Origin: a bacterium
GTDB lineage: Bacteria > SZUA-182 > SZUA-191 > JAJRXT01
Reading direction: 5' to 3'
NCBI GenBank assembly: GCA_024277675.1
Contig: JAJRUS010000139.1
Span: 1-60,048, forward strand
Length of the DNA: 60,048 nt
The notes under the pieces are model-generated. The model searched no databases. It saw only the letters and a program-made list of their open reading frames with translations, and was not told the origin of the DNA. The first letter of the stretch is position 1, and the number at the start of each line of letters is the position of its first letter. Shown in pieces: positions 28,100-37,953 of the stretch. The position numbers were made by a program, and so were the translations under genes.

Positions 28100-29665
28100 T
28101 TATTGTTTCTGTCTGGTGGATGATAACCCCTGTTTAAGCAACCAGAGTTCCTCACTGCCCAGCCAATGAGAAACCAAGAGGAACGCCCCTGCTCCTCCCG
28201 CAATACAGCCTCCCAAAATACCAACCTTACCCCACAGGGGCTGATTCATAAAAGTAAAGTAGTGGAGCATCTGCCAACATAACACCCCCATCACCGCAGA
28301 AGCCAAGGCAATGCGGCCAAAGGAAACCAGAATTATTCTGCCCCCCAACCGGCCTAATCGTTTGCGCAGGGTGAAGATTAAGCAACCGGCATTAATCATG
28401 CTGGATAGTGCAGTAGCTAAAGCCAGCCCGGCGTGCTTTAATGGCCCCATCAGGATTAAGTTCAGGAAAATATTGGCGGTCATGGCAATGATGGAAATCT
28501 TAACCGGCGTTTTGGTATCCTGCAGGGAATAAAACACCGGTACGATAACTTTGACGGCGGCATAAGCACATAAACCTACTGAATAACAGAATAAGGCTTG
28601 AGCCGAGGCTACCGTGGCCGAATAACCAAACTCGCCCCGTTGAAACAATAACTGTATAATGGGTTCACCCAGGACCATTAAGCCTATCATGGCGGGTGTG
28701 CTGACAAATAACACCAACCGTAATCCCATTGAAAATGTATTCTTAAGGCTGTCTAAGTCACCATCGGCTGCCTGCCGGGAAAGAGTGGGCAGGATAGCGG
28801 TTCCTAAGGCAATGCCGAATAGCCCCAGCGGAAATTGGACTAACCGGTTGCCATAATTTAAATAGGAAACACTTCCGGGGGGTAAAAACGAGGCCAGCAC
28901 TCTATCAACGAAACCATTTATCTCATATACGGCTAAACCAAATATGGCGGGCAACATGAGTTGACCTATCTTTTTTAATCCCGGCTGGTTAAAATTAAAG
29001 TTAAGCTTAAATTTCATTCCCTTTAGTTTCAGGAATGGAAGTTGAAAAAGGAGTTGTACCATTCCTCCCAGGAGTACGCCAATGGCCAGGGCTACTACCG
29101 GATTAGCAAATTGCGGCGCCAGATAAACCGCAGAGGCGATGATACAGATATTAAATAGCGCCGGAGCCAGCGCCGGAGCCAGAAAGTGTTGCAGTGAATT
29201 CAGGATACCCATAAATAAAGCGGCCAAACCGATGCAGAGGATAAAGGGGAACATGATTCTGGTAAGCAGAATGGTGAGTTCTTGCTTGTTCTTTACCGCC
29301 TTAAATCCGGGGGCCACCAGTTTGACGATTAAAGGAGCGGCCACTACCCCCAATATGGTTACCAACACTAAGATTATCAAAGTGATACAAATTGTGGCGG
29401 CAGACAGATCCCAGGCTTTACGTTCACCTTTGTTGCGGTAATATTCGGTAAATACCGGAATGAATGAAGCGGAGAGCGCGCCTTCCGCCAATAGGCGGCG
29501 CAACATATTCGGTATCTGGAAAGCCATAAAAAAGGCATCCGCCGCCAGGCCGGCGCCGAACAGGTAGGCTACCACCGCTTCACGGACCAGCCCCAGAATA
29601 CGGCTGACAAAGGTGGCCAGACTGATTATACCGGTGGACCTGATTAGTTTTCTATGATCGCTCAT
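28100..29665 (-). CDS. murJ: Lipid II flippase MurJ (MviN)
   Basis: SRILGLVRE, PNMLRRLLAEGALSASFIPVF, RLVQFPLG. Confidence 0.96.
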   Translation of the reverse strand: MSDHRKLIRSTGIISLATFVSRILGLVREAVVAYLFGAGLAADAFFMAFQIPNMLRRLLAEGALSASFIPVFTEYYRNKGERKAWDLSAATICITLIILVLVTILGVVAAPLIVKLVAPGFKAVKNKQELTILLTRIMFPFILCIGLAALFMGILNSLQHFLAPALAPALFNICIIASAVYLAPQFANPVVALAIGVLLGGMVQLLFQLPFLKLKGMKFKLNFNFNQPGLKKIGQLMLPAIFGLAVYEINGFVDRVLASFLPPGSVSYLNYGNRLVQFPLGLFGIALGTAILPTLSRQAADGDLDSLKNTFSMGLRLVLFVSTPAMIGLMVLGEPIIQLLFQRGEFGYSATVASAQALFCYSVGLCAYAAVKVIVPVFYSLQDTKTPVKISIIAMTANIFLNLILMGPLKHAGLALATALSSMINAGCLIFTLRKRLGRLGGRIILVSFGRIALASAVMGVLCWQMLHYFTFMNQPLWGKVGILGGCIAGGAGAFLLVSHWLGSEELWLLKQGLSSTRQKQ

Positions 29666-29681
29666 GGAATTTTTGACAAGC

Positions 29682-29710
29682 TTGACAGGTTTTGATATAT
29701 CTCATAGAAT
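29682..29710 (+). promoter_or_regulatory. Sigma70 promoter of the tat genes
   Basis: TTGACA-17 bp-TAGAAT. Confidence 0.6.
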
Positions 29711-29744
29711 TAAATATATAACAATAGCTGGCAGGGGAGGAAAT

Positions 29745-29915
29745 GTACTGGGCATCGGCATGTCTGAATTATTAGTTATTTTGTTGATCATATTAATTTT
29801 TGTCGGGCCACAAGAATTGCCGCAACTAGTTAGCCGGCTAAGCCAAGGGTTCTCTGAATTAAAAAAAGAAACCGCCAGATTGCGAGCAGCCATAACGAAA
29901 GATTCAGACTCTTAA
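29745..29915 (+). CDS. tatA: TatA/TatB-family twin-arginine translocase subunit (start uncertain)
   Basis: LGIGMSELLVILLIILIFVGPQELP; GGAGG RBS precedes a GTA codon; next ATG is at 29760; upstream of tatC. Confidence 0.75.
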   Translation, partial: VLGIGMSELLVILLIILIFVGPQELPQLVSRLSQGFSELKKETARLRAAITKDSDS

Positions 29916-30056
29916 CCGGCAACCAGGCATAATAACCTGGCTCAGATTGCCTTATAACGCATAGAGTGGGAAGCATTCCCACCCTACTGATACAGAGAAA
30001 GCAACTAAACAAGGATAATATGACCCGAGTTTTACAGAAAAGGAGCCCTGACTCCT

Positions 30057-30770
30057 ATGACTGAAAACAGAATACCGTTCCTGACCCACTTAGAAGAGCT
30101 GCGAAAAAGGCTGATTAAAATTCTGTTAGCCGTCGGCGTGGGGTTTGGGGCCAGTTATCTTTTTTCCGGTCAAATCCTCCGCTGGTTGAAACAACCGCTC
30201 CCGCAGCATTTAGTATTTATCAGCCCTGCCGAAGCTTTTATGGCAAATTTAAAGGTTTCCTTTTTTGCCGGGGTGATAATTGCCCTGCCTTTCTCCCTGT
30301 TTCAAATTTGGCGATTTATTGCGCCGGGATTAAAGCAAAATGAAAAATCTTACGCCGCCTCATTTATTGTCTTCGGCAGCTTACTCTTCCTGGCCGGAAC
30401 ATTATTCGCCTATTATAGCATTTTACCTATAGGATTACATTTTTTATTAAGCTATGCTTATCCCGGTTTACAACCCATGATTTCAGTAGGGTCATATCTA
30501 TCTTTTTGTATGGTGATTATGTTTATGTTCGGGTTGGTTTTTAACCTGCCGGTAATAGTGGTCATGCTTACCAGAATGAGGTTGGTTAATTACACCCAGT
30601 TAGCTAAAAGCAGGAGATACGCTATCCTGGTGATATTTATAGTTGCCGCCGTGTTGACCCCGCCGGATGTGTTCACTCAATTATTGATGGGTATTCCGCT
30701 GCTGCTGTTATATGAAATCAGTATCTGGTTATCTTACCTGTTTGGGCCGGGAGAAAAGATTGAACTGTGA
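30057..30770 (+). CDS. tatC: Twin-arginine translocase TatC
   Basis: HLEELRKR, QIWRFIAPGL, AAVLTPPD, LLYEISI. Confidence 0.95.
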   Translation: MTENRIPFLTHLEELRKRLIKILLAVGVGFGASYLFSGQILRWLKQPLPQHLVFISPAEAFMANLKVSFFAGVIIALPFSLFQIWRFIAPGLKQNEKSYAASFIVFGSLLFLAGTLFAYYSILPIGLHFLLSYAYPGLQPMISVGSYLSFCMVIMFMFGLVFNLPVIVVMLTRMRLVNYTQLAKSRRYAILVIFIVAAVLTPPDVFTQLLMGIPLLLLYEISIWLSYLFGPGEKIEL

Positions 30771-31487
30771 TTGACCCGGCTGCTGTTTTAAGTCTTCCAC
30801 TGCCTTTTTGGCAGCTCTAATCTCAGCCTCCTTTTTACTCTTTCCCTGACCATAAGCCAGGCGCTGACCGTTTATTATTAATTCTACCTCAAATGTACGG
30901 TTGTGAGCTGGCCCATTCTGGGCTACTAATTCATATTTGGGGCAGCAATTAAATTTGGCTTGAGTATATTTCTGGAGCAGGCTTTTGTAATCTGCAAAAC
31001 TGCCTTGGGTGTGGGTCTTTTCTAACTGGCGGCGGAATTGTTTGATGATGAATTGCCGGGCGGCTTCCAAGCCTCCATCCAAATAGATAGCAGCAATTAA
31101 GGCTTCCAGCACATTAGCTAACAGGGAACTTTTCCGGCGACCCTGGGTTTGTTCTTCACCCTTACCCAATAACAGGTATGACCCCAGATCAATTTCTGAA
31201 GCCACGTAAGCCAATACTTGTTCACTAACCAAATATGACTTAATGGCTGATAAATCACCTTCCCGGTAATGGGGATATTTGTCCATCAGGTAATCGCAGA
31301 TCACCAGGCTTAAGACGGCATCGCCCAGGAACTCCAGCCGTTCATTATGGGAAAGACCGGAATTCTTATGCTCATGGGCGAATGAACTATGCACAACGGC
31401 ATTCACCAACAACCGTTCATTGTTGAATGTATAGCCTATATTTTTTTGAATGAGGGATAGGGATTTGCCGTTTTGGCGGTAATGCAC
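30729..31487 (-). CDS. rnc: Ribonuclease III
   Basis: NERLEFLGDAVL signature and C-terminal dsRBD. Confidence 0.96.
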   Translation of the reverse strand: MHYRQNGKSLSLIQKNIGYTFNNERLLVNAVVHSSFAHEHKNSGLSHNERLEFLGDAVLSLVICDYLMDKYPHYREGDLSAIKSYLVSEQVLAYVASEIDLGSYLLLGKGEEQTQGRRKSSLLANVLEALIAAIYLDGGLEAARQFIIKQFRRQLEKTHTQGSFADYKSLLQKYTQAKFNCCPKYELVAQNGPAHNRTFEVELIINGQRLAYGQGKSKKEAEIRAAKKAVEDLKQQPGQSQFNLFSRPKQVR

Positions 31488-31492
31488 CGACC

Positions 31493-32731
31493 TTAATCCT
31501 CAAATTGCTTAAAGAGTAGAGTGGCGTTTGTTCCCCCAAAACCGAATGAATTGGAAAGCGCCATATTTACCGGCATCTTAAGCGCCTTATTGGGGACATA
31601 ATCCAGATCACAATCAGGATCAGGATTTTCATAATTTATGGTGGGGGTGACTATTCCGCGGGCAATGCTCAGCGCACATACTATGGCTTCCACCCCTCCG
31701 GCAGCCCCCAGCAGGTGGCCAACCATTGATTTGGTGGAGCTTACCTTAAGTTTATAGGCGTGTTCACCAAACACACTTTTGATAGCCTTGGTTTCATGCT
31801 TATCGCCAAAGGTGGTAGAAGTTCCATGGGCATTGATATAATCCACCTCTGGTGGAGCGACACCTGCATGATTCAGGCAGTTTCGCATGGAGCGCATGGC
31901 TCCTTCGCCTGAAGGATCCGGAGATGCGATATGGTAAGCGTCACCAGACATACCGAAGCCTACTATTTCGGCATATATTTTAGCTCCCCTGCGGCGGGCA
32001 TATTCCAGCTCTTCCAGAATTATTATCCCGGCGCCCTCTCCCATTACAAAACCGTCCCGGTCTTTATCAAACGGGCGGCTGGCGCGAGTGGGTTCATCAT
32101 TTCGGGTAGACAAAGCCTTCATGGCCGAGAAGCCACCCACCGCTAAAGGGGTTATTACCGATTCGGCCCCTCCGGCTATCATCACCTCGGCTTCACCCCG
32201 TTGAATACAGCGGTAAGCTTCGCCAATACAGTGGTTACCAGTAGCACAAGCAGTGACTATGGCATAATTAGGCCCTTTGAAACCAAAGCGGATAGAGATT
32301 TGACCTGAAGCCAGATTTACAATCAACATGGGGATAAAGAAAGGGGTAAGCTTACCGCCAGCCAATACCGCTTCATGCCACCGCTCAATTGCCGGTAAAC
32401 CACCAATGCCGGAACCTACCAATACCCCGGCCCGGTGGGACTCAGCCGCATCCACCTTTAACCGGGCGTCATCCATCGCCATCATACTGGCTGCCAGGGC
32501 GTATTGAATAAAGATGTCCATTTTCTTGACATCCTTGGCGGGAATATAATCCTTGGGATCAAAGCCTTTGACCTCCCCGGCGATGCGAGAATCATACCCG
32601 CAGGCATCAAACCGGGTTATATGCCCTACCCCCGACTCCCCCCGACACAAGGCAGACCACGTCTGTTCCACCCCAATACCTAATGGGGTGACTGCTCCCA
32701 AGCCGGTTACAACTATCCTTCTTTCAACCAA
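31493..32731 (-). CDS. fabF: 3-oxoacyl-ACP synthase II
   Basis: TACATG, NAHGTST, GHLLGAAG, SNSFGFGG. Confidence 0.96.
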   Translation of the reverse strand: MVERRIVVTGLGAVTPLGIGVEQTWSALCRGESGVGHITRFDACGYDSRIAGEVKGFDPKDYIPAKDVKKMDIFIQYALAASMMAMDDARLKVDAAESHRAGVLVGSGIGGLPAIERWHEAVLAGGKLTPFFIPMLIVNLASGQISIRFGFKGPNYAIVTACATGNHCIGEAYRCIQRGEAEVMIAGGAESVITPLAVGGFSAMKALSTRNDEPTRASRPFDKDRDGFVMGEGAGIIILEELEYARRRGAKIYAEIVGFGMSGDAYHIASPDPSGEGAMRSMRNCLNHAGVAPPEVDYINAHGTSTTFGDKHETKAIKSVFGEHAYKLKVSSTKSMVGHLLGAAGGVEAIVCALSIARGIVTPTINYENPDPDCDLDYVPNKALKMPVNMALSNSFGFGGTNATLLFKQFED

Positions 32732-32786
32732 CTCTAACCTCCCTTGCCAAGGTTACTATTAGTCCAGCATAATAAACAAGCTGCTA

Positions 32787-33026
32787 TTACTTGGCCTCAC
32801 TATGTGCCTGAATATATCTCACGGCATCTCCCACAGTGGCAATCTTTTCGGCGTCATCGTCCGGAATTTCAATATCGAATTCCTCTTCGAAGGCCATTAC
32901 CAACTCCACTGTATCCAAGGAGTAAGCTCCTAGATCATCCACAAAGGAGGCCTCTGGGGTAATCTCTTCTTCAGCTACTCCCAGGTTATCAACAATAATA
33001 CTTTTTACCTTCCCGGCAACTTCCAT
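32787..33026 (-). CDS. acpP: Acyl carrier protein (motif reads GAYSLD rather than GADSLD)
   Basis: [27 protein letters not shown]. Confidence 0.93.
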   Translation of the reverse strand: MEVAGKVKSIIVDNLGVAEEEITPEASFVDDLGAYSLDTVELVMAFEEEFDIEIPDDDAEKIATVGDAVRYIQAHSEAK

Positions 33027-33192
33027 GTAAACTGTTCACCTCCCTTAATTAATGGATTAATTTTATGATTTTCAAATCTATAACATATATTTTTGTCTAC
33101 ATCAACCGAAAAATTATTTTTTTCTCAAGTATCGGCGAATTATACAAATTTTCAGACTGTCCTGGATTATGCAGCAGCCAACGGAGAGTCGG

Positions 33193-33939
33193 CTACATAT
33201 ACATACCCCCATTTACCGATATCACCTGTCCGGTAATATAATCAGCGGCCGGCGAGAGCAGAAATTTAGCGGCTGCGGCCACTTCTTCCGCGGTGCCAAA
33301 TCTGGCCAGCGGAATGCGGTTCAGGATTTGCTCTTTTACCTCGGTGGATAAGCCTTTAGTCATATCAGTAGCTATAAATCCGGGAGCGATAGCATTAACC
33401 GTAATTCCGCGTGGGGCCAGCTCCTGGGCCACGGTTTTGGTAAGCCCGATTATACCGGCCTTGGCGGCGGCATAGTTGGCCTGACCCGAATTTCCGGTTA
33501 AGCCTACCACTGAGGTTATATTTAAAATCTTACCCTTTCTGGCTTTCAGCATGTGACGAGCCGCACACCTGGTAAGATTGAACGCTCCACTTAAATTAAC
33601 CGCCAACACCTCATCCCAATCCGGCTTACTCATTCTGATAAGCAAACCGTCTCTGGTAATACCGGCATTATTAACCAATATATCCAACCGGCCAAACTGC
33701 CCGATTAGCTGCTTTACCGCCTGCTCCACCTGCGCATAATCGGCTACCTCAACCGATAAGGCCAGCGCCCTAACCCCCAACTGTTCAATTTCAGCGGCTA
33801 CGCGTTGGCAACGCTCCTGGTTGCGTGCCAAGATGGCCACATCAGCCCCATCGGAAGCCAGCGAGAGCGCAATCGAGCGACCGATTCCCCTTGAACCGCC
33901 GGTTACTAGGGCCACCTGCCCGTTGAACACTTTATCCAT
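33193..33939 (-). CDS. fabG: 3-oxoacyl-ACP reductase
   Basis: TGGSRGIG, NNAGITRD, GQANYAAAK. Confidence 0.95.
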   Translation of the reverse strand: MDKVFNGQVALVTGGSRGIGRSIALSLASDGADVAILARNQERCQRVAAEIEQLGVRALALSVEVADYAQVEQAVKQLIGQFGRLDILVNNAGITRDGLLIRMSKPDWDEVLAVNLSGAFNLTRCAARHMLKARKGKILNITSVVGLTGNSGQANYAAAKAGIIGLTKTVAQELAPRGITVNAIAPGFIATDMTKGLSTEVKEQILNRIPLARFGTAEEVAAAAKFLLSPAADYITGQVISVNGGMYM

Positions 33940-33941
33940 GT

Positions 33942-34880
33942 TTAACACCCCTTTAATACGCTCAAAGTCTTTTGCAGATTATTTTCATCTTCCACTTGCA
34001 AAATGCCGGCATTTTTATTTATACGCTTAAGCAGTTTCTTTAGCACCTGGCCGGGGCCTAACTCAATGAAGGTATCCACTCCTTTGTCTATCATATACGA
34101 AATGGAATCCTCCCACAACACCGCAGATGATACCTGTTTAATAAGCGCCGCTTTTATCTCGGCAGCCGAGGTTATCGGTTTAGCGGTTACATTACTGATG
34201 ATTGGAACTTGCGCCTGGTTCAACGTTAGCTGCTCCAATTCATAAGCCAATTTTTCTCCGGCGGCGCTCATCAAGCTGCAATGAGAGGGGATAGAAAGCG
34301 GCAACTGTTTTGCTAATTTAGCTCCGCGCTCCTTGGCTTGCTGCATGGCCTTAAGCACCGCGTCTCTCGAACCTGAAATAACCACCTGCCCCGGGCAATT
34401 GAAATTGGCCGCCTCCACTATATCGGGAGGGTTAAAGCCCCTGCATATATCCAATACCTCATCCCGTTTAAGACCTATTATAGCCGCCATCGCCCCTTGT
34501 CCTTCCGGTACGGCGGCTTGCATATATGCGGCCCTTTTTTGCACCAATAACAGTGCCTGTTCAAAGCTTAAACTACCGGCGGCTACCAAGGCGGTATACT
34601 CTCCCAGGCTGTGCCCGGCCAGCATATCGGGCTTTATGCCGTTATCGCTAAGAACCGCCCAGGCTGCTATACTAGCGGTTAAAATCGCCGGTTGAGTGTG
34701 GATAGTCCGGTTTAGTTCTGCTTCGGGACCGCAAAAACACAACTGACTTAAATCATAACCCAGAATTTGATCGGCCTGCTTAAAATAAGCCCTGGCCTTG
34801 GGATAGACATCCGCCAGTTCCTTACCCATACCCACATATTGCGATCCCTGACCGGGAAATAAAAATGTACGTTTACTCAT
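33942..34880 (-). CDS. fabD: Malonyl-CoA:ACP transacylase
   Basis: FPGQGSQ, GHSLGEY. Confidence 0.96.
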   Translation of the reverse strand: MSKRTFLFPGQGSQYVGMGKELADVYPKARAYFKQADQILGYDLSQLCFCGPEAELNRTIHTQPAILTASIAAWAVLSDNGIKPDMLAGHSLGEYTALVAAGSLSFEQALLLVQKRAAYMQAAVPEGQGAMAAIIGLKRDEVLDICRGFNPPDIVEAANFNCPGQVVISGSRDAVLKAMQQAKERGAKLAKQLPLSIPSHCSLMSAAGEKLAYELEQLTLNQAQVPIISNVTAKPITSAAEIKAALIKQVSSAVLWEDSISYMIDKGVDTFIELGPGQVLKKLLKRINKNAGILQVEDENNLQKTLSVLKGC

Positions 34881-35116
34881 AAGCTTTTCATTTCGGCCAT
34901 CTTTGTAGATGGAACTTAGCGCATATTAGGCAATGGCTCCAACTCTTCTCGCCCATTGATGAGTTTCAACTTCAAAATCCGGGAATATTGATTTTAGTTC
35001 TTGAATTTGCTCCTTTGAAAAAGTGCTATTACAACTAATTCTAACAAATGGTTTATCCATAATTTTGCTTTATTCTTAAAAATTGATATCTTCCAGCATA
35101 AAATCTTTTTTACCAA

Positions 35117-35461
35117 TCATAGCTCAATGCTCACTACCACCGCCAGTGCGCTGGTAATTTTTTGCATCACTGTATTAGAGAGCTTTCCCAATCGCCGTAT
35201 ACATCTTTCTTGCGCTACCGAGCGTACCTGAAAAGCATCTGCGGCTGAGGGTTTGTCCAATCCATTTTTGGTATCAGATTCCAAGCGAACCATCCAGGAG
35301 GCAACAGCATAACGGTCTTTCCATTCGGTAATGGGAACGATTACCTTCAACGGCAAAATACCAATGGCATTATCACTTACTATGATCGCCGGGCGAGTTT
35401 TCTTGATCTCAGCGCCAATCGTTGGAGACAAATTGATGAGCCAGATTTCACCCCTCCGCAT
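35117..35461 (-). CDS. PemK/MazF-family toxin
   Basis: MRRGEIWLINLSPTIGAEIKKTRPAIIVS. Confidence 0.9.
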   Translation of the reverse strand: MRRGEIWLINLSPTIGAEIKKTRPAIIVSDNAIGILPLKVIVPITEWKDRYAVASWMVRLESDTKNGLDKPSAADAFQVRSVAQERCIRRLGKLSNTVMQKITSALAVVVSIEL

Positions 35462-35693
35462 GAAAGTCCTCACTGTCGAGAGCGGTGAAAGCGGTTAGCT
35501 CACCACCAGCAACGTAATCTGGTAACAGGGCCTTTGCTGCGGCAGCTAGTTGTCGTTTCTTTTCCGTCTGTGTTAGTGGTTGTTTCATCCGTTTAAAGTC
35601 TTCACGAACCAGATGCAACTCAGCTTCAATAATTGCCAGGCGTTCCGTCAGCGTAAGCTTTTTGAATTCCTCCAGCAGCTTTACTTGAGTCAT
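35448..35693 (-). CDS. Putative cognate antitoxin
   Basis: 81-aa ORF overlapping the toxin start; acidic C-terminus ELTAFTALDSEDF. Confidence 0.7.
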   Translation of the reverse strand: MTQVKLLEEFKKLTLTERLAIIEAELHLVREDFKRMKQPLTQTEKKRQLAAAAKALLPDYVAGGELTAFTALDSEDFHAEG

Positions 35694-35711
35694 ATATACA
35701 TTCTCCTCATC

Positions 35712-36902
35712 TTACCCCAGCACTTCTTTAAAGCGTTGGGTCAAGGCGGGCACTATATCAAATAAATCGCCTACAATACCGTAGGTGGCCACGTTAAATA
35801 TGGGGGCCTCCGGGTCAGTGTTTATGGCCACTATCACATCCGAGGACTGCATACCTGCCAAATGCTGAATAGCGCCGGATATGCCGCAGGCTATATATAG
35901 CTTGGGACATACGGTTTTGCCGGTCTGACCCACCTGATGCGAATACGGAATCCAGCCGGCATCCACTGTGGGGCGGGATGCGCCGACCGCCCCGCCTAAC
36001 ACCTTGGCCAAATCTTCTATCAGCTTGAAATTTTCCGGCTTACCCAGACCGCGGCCACCGGAAACAATAATATCGGCTTCGGTTAAATTAACCGTATCGG
36101 TTATCTCCTCCACCAGCTCAATCAGTCTGGTGCGTAAGGTTAGCTTGCCGGCATCAATTTCTTTGGTGATTATCTTACCCTTACGGCTTTTGTCACAAAC
36201 CGCCTGCTTCATCACCTTATGCCGTACAGTAGCCATCTGCGGCCGGTTATATGGACAAAGTATAGTGGCCATAATGTTGCCGCCAAAGGCCGGTCGGGTT
36301 TGCTCCAGTAACTTGCTTTCGGGGTTTATTTCAAGCTGAGTGCAATCGGCAGTCAGCCCGGTGTGTAACTTAACCGCTACTTTAGGAATAAAAGAGCGGC
36401 CTATGGCCGTAGCCCCGGTAAGCACGATATTGGGCTTATATTCGTTAATTAGCTCGGTTAACACCTGGGCATAGGAGTCATCGTGAAAGTCTTCCAACAC
36501 CGGGTCATCTGCTAAATATACCTCGTCTGCCCCATAATAAATAAGCTGTTGGGCAGCTTCCTGCACGTTATTACCCAGAAGTACCGCCGCCAACGGCTGG
36601 CCCAGTTTATCGGCCAGCTTGCGGCCCTCTCCCAAAAGCTCATAGGCTACACTTGAAACCTGCCCCCTACGCTGTTCGGCGAATATCCACACTCCGCGAT
36701 AGCTACTTAAATCTCCTTTTGCCTCACGCTCATCTATAATCATAATCGCCTCTGTAGCGCATACCTCCACACACGAGCCGCACAGGGTACACTCATCACC
36801 GATAACCGCCACTTCACCCTCGATGGAGATTGCCCCGTAGGGACAGGCCGGTATACATACCTCGCAGGCGATACATTTTTCTGCTAACACCTTAATGCTC
36901 AT
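35712..36902 (-). CDS. etfA: Electron transfer flavoprotein alpha subunit with N-terminal 2x[4Fe-4S] ferredoxin domain
   Basis: CIACEVCIPACP and CTLCGSCVEVC; GLTADCT, RPAFGGN, QVGQTGK, GISGAIQHLAG. Confidence 0.95.
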   Translation of the reverse strand: MSIKVLAEKCIACEVCIPACPYGAISIEGEVAVIGDECTLCGSCVEVCATEAIMIIDEREAKGDLSSYRGVWIFAEQRRGQVSSVAYELLGEGRKLADKLGQPLAAVLLGNNVQEAAQQLIYYGADEVYLADDPVLEDFHDDSYAQVLTELINEYKPNIVLTGATAIGRSFIPKVAVKLHTGLTADCTQLEINPESKLLEQTRPAFGGNIMATILCPYNRPQMATVRHKVMKQAVCDKSRKGKIITKEIDAGKLTLRTRLIELVEEITDTVNLTEADIIVSGGRGLGKPENFKLIEDLAKVLGGAVGASRPTVDAGWIPYSHQVGQTGKTVCPKLYIACGISGAIQHLAGMQSSDVIVAINTDPEAPIFNVATYGIVGDLFDIVPALTQRFKEVLG

Positions 36903-36986
36903 AGTTTTCTTTGCCCTATTCTATTTAATAAATTTTTTGCTGCTTGCTAAAAAATCATTTATTAAGCATTTAAATCTAAAACCATT

Positions 36987-37772
36987 TTACACCACTCGAT
37001 CTTGTTTTAGCTGGGCAACCAGTTTATCCACTATTTCCGGAGTACTGCCGGTAAGCGTCTCTCCACTCCCCCGCGGAGGCGGTGTGAATATTTTAACCAC
37101 CTTGGTGGGTGAGGCCGGCAAACCTACGCTGTCCTCGGTCACTCCCAAATCTTTTAAATTCCAGCTGGTAATTTCAGCTTTTTTGGCGTTCAGCTTACCG
37201 CGTAAAGACGGCAGCCGGGGTTCATTTATTTCCTTGACCACGGTGATAAGCGCCGGCAGTTTGCTCTCAATTACTTCATAACCCTCATCCATCAGCCGTT
37301 CCACCCGCAGCAGGCTGTCATCTATCTCTTCTATTTTCCGGATATAGGCTACAAATGGAATGTCCAGAAATTCGGCTATTCCAGGGCCTACCTGGGCGGT
37401 ATCACCATCTATGGCCTGCTTACCGCACACAATTAGGTCAAAATCGCCGATCTTCTTAATGCCTTGTGCCAGGGTATATGAGGTAGCCCAGGTGTCCGAG
37501 CCGGCGAAGGCTCTGTCAGAGAGCAACACCGCTTCATCAGCCCCCAGGGATATGGCTTCTCTGAGTGCGGTTTCCGCCTGAGGCGGGCCCATGGTCAGCA
37601 CGGTTACCGTACCCCCGCAACGCTCGCGTAGCCTTACTCCCTCTTCTATGGCATAGGCGTCGTAGGGATTGATAATAGATTCCACCCCTTCTCTAACCAG
37701 GGTATTGGTTTCCGGGTTTATCTTTACCTGAGTAGTGGCTGGCACTTGTTTTATACAGACGATTATTTTCAT
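36987..37772 (-). CDS. etfB: Electron transfer flavoprotein beta subunit
   Basis: VCIKQVP, INPYD, DRAFAGSDTWAT, GKQAIDGDTAQVGP. Confidence 0.96.
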   Translation of the reverse strand: MKIIVCIKQVPATTQVKINPETNTLVREGVESIINPYDAYAIEEGVRLRERCGGTVTVLTMGPPQAETALREAISLGADEAVLLSDRAFAGSDTWATSYTLAQGIKKIGDFDLIVCGKQAIDGDTAQVGPGIAEFLDIPFVAYIRKIEEIDDSLLRVERLMDEGYEVIESKLPALITVVKEINEPRLPSLRGKLNAKKAEITSWNLKDLGVTEDSVGLPASPTKVVKIFTPPPRGSGETLTGSTPEIVDKLVAQLKQDRVV

Positions 37773-37776
37773 TTTT

Positions 37777-37899
37777 GAAATTCCCCAATTTTTTCGTATA
37801 ACAATGTTGCTTCACAAAATGCCTCCCTGCGATATACCAGAAAGTATGCCTCAGTCGCCATTTTGTTTGCGCCCTGTTCTCCGAAATCTGGGAAAATTC
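37777..37899. repeat. Degenerate palindromic MITE-like element between acyl-CoA dehydrogenase and etfB
   Basis: Imperfect IR GAAATTCCCCAATTTTTTCGTATAAC / GTTCTCCGAAATCTGGGAAAATTC; central hairpin like that of the 7969 element. Confidence 0.4.
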
Positions 37900-37953
37900 C
37901 CACCAAATTATCCAACTTCATGCCCCTTTTTAGAGAAATTATAGCGTTTGTTT

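Noticed and set aside
30729-30770. 42-bp convergent overlap of tatC and rnc
   Set aside because: Involves only non-conserved tails; short convergent overlaps are common.
34926-35060. 44-codon ORF in frame with fabD across a TAA
   Set aside because: FabD begins normally at MSKRTFLFPGQG, and the upstream peptide has no recognisable homology.
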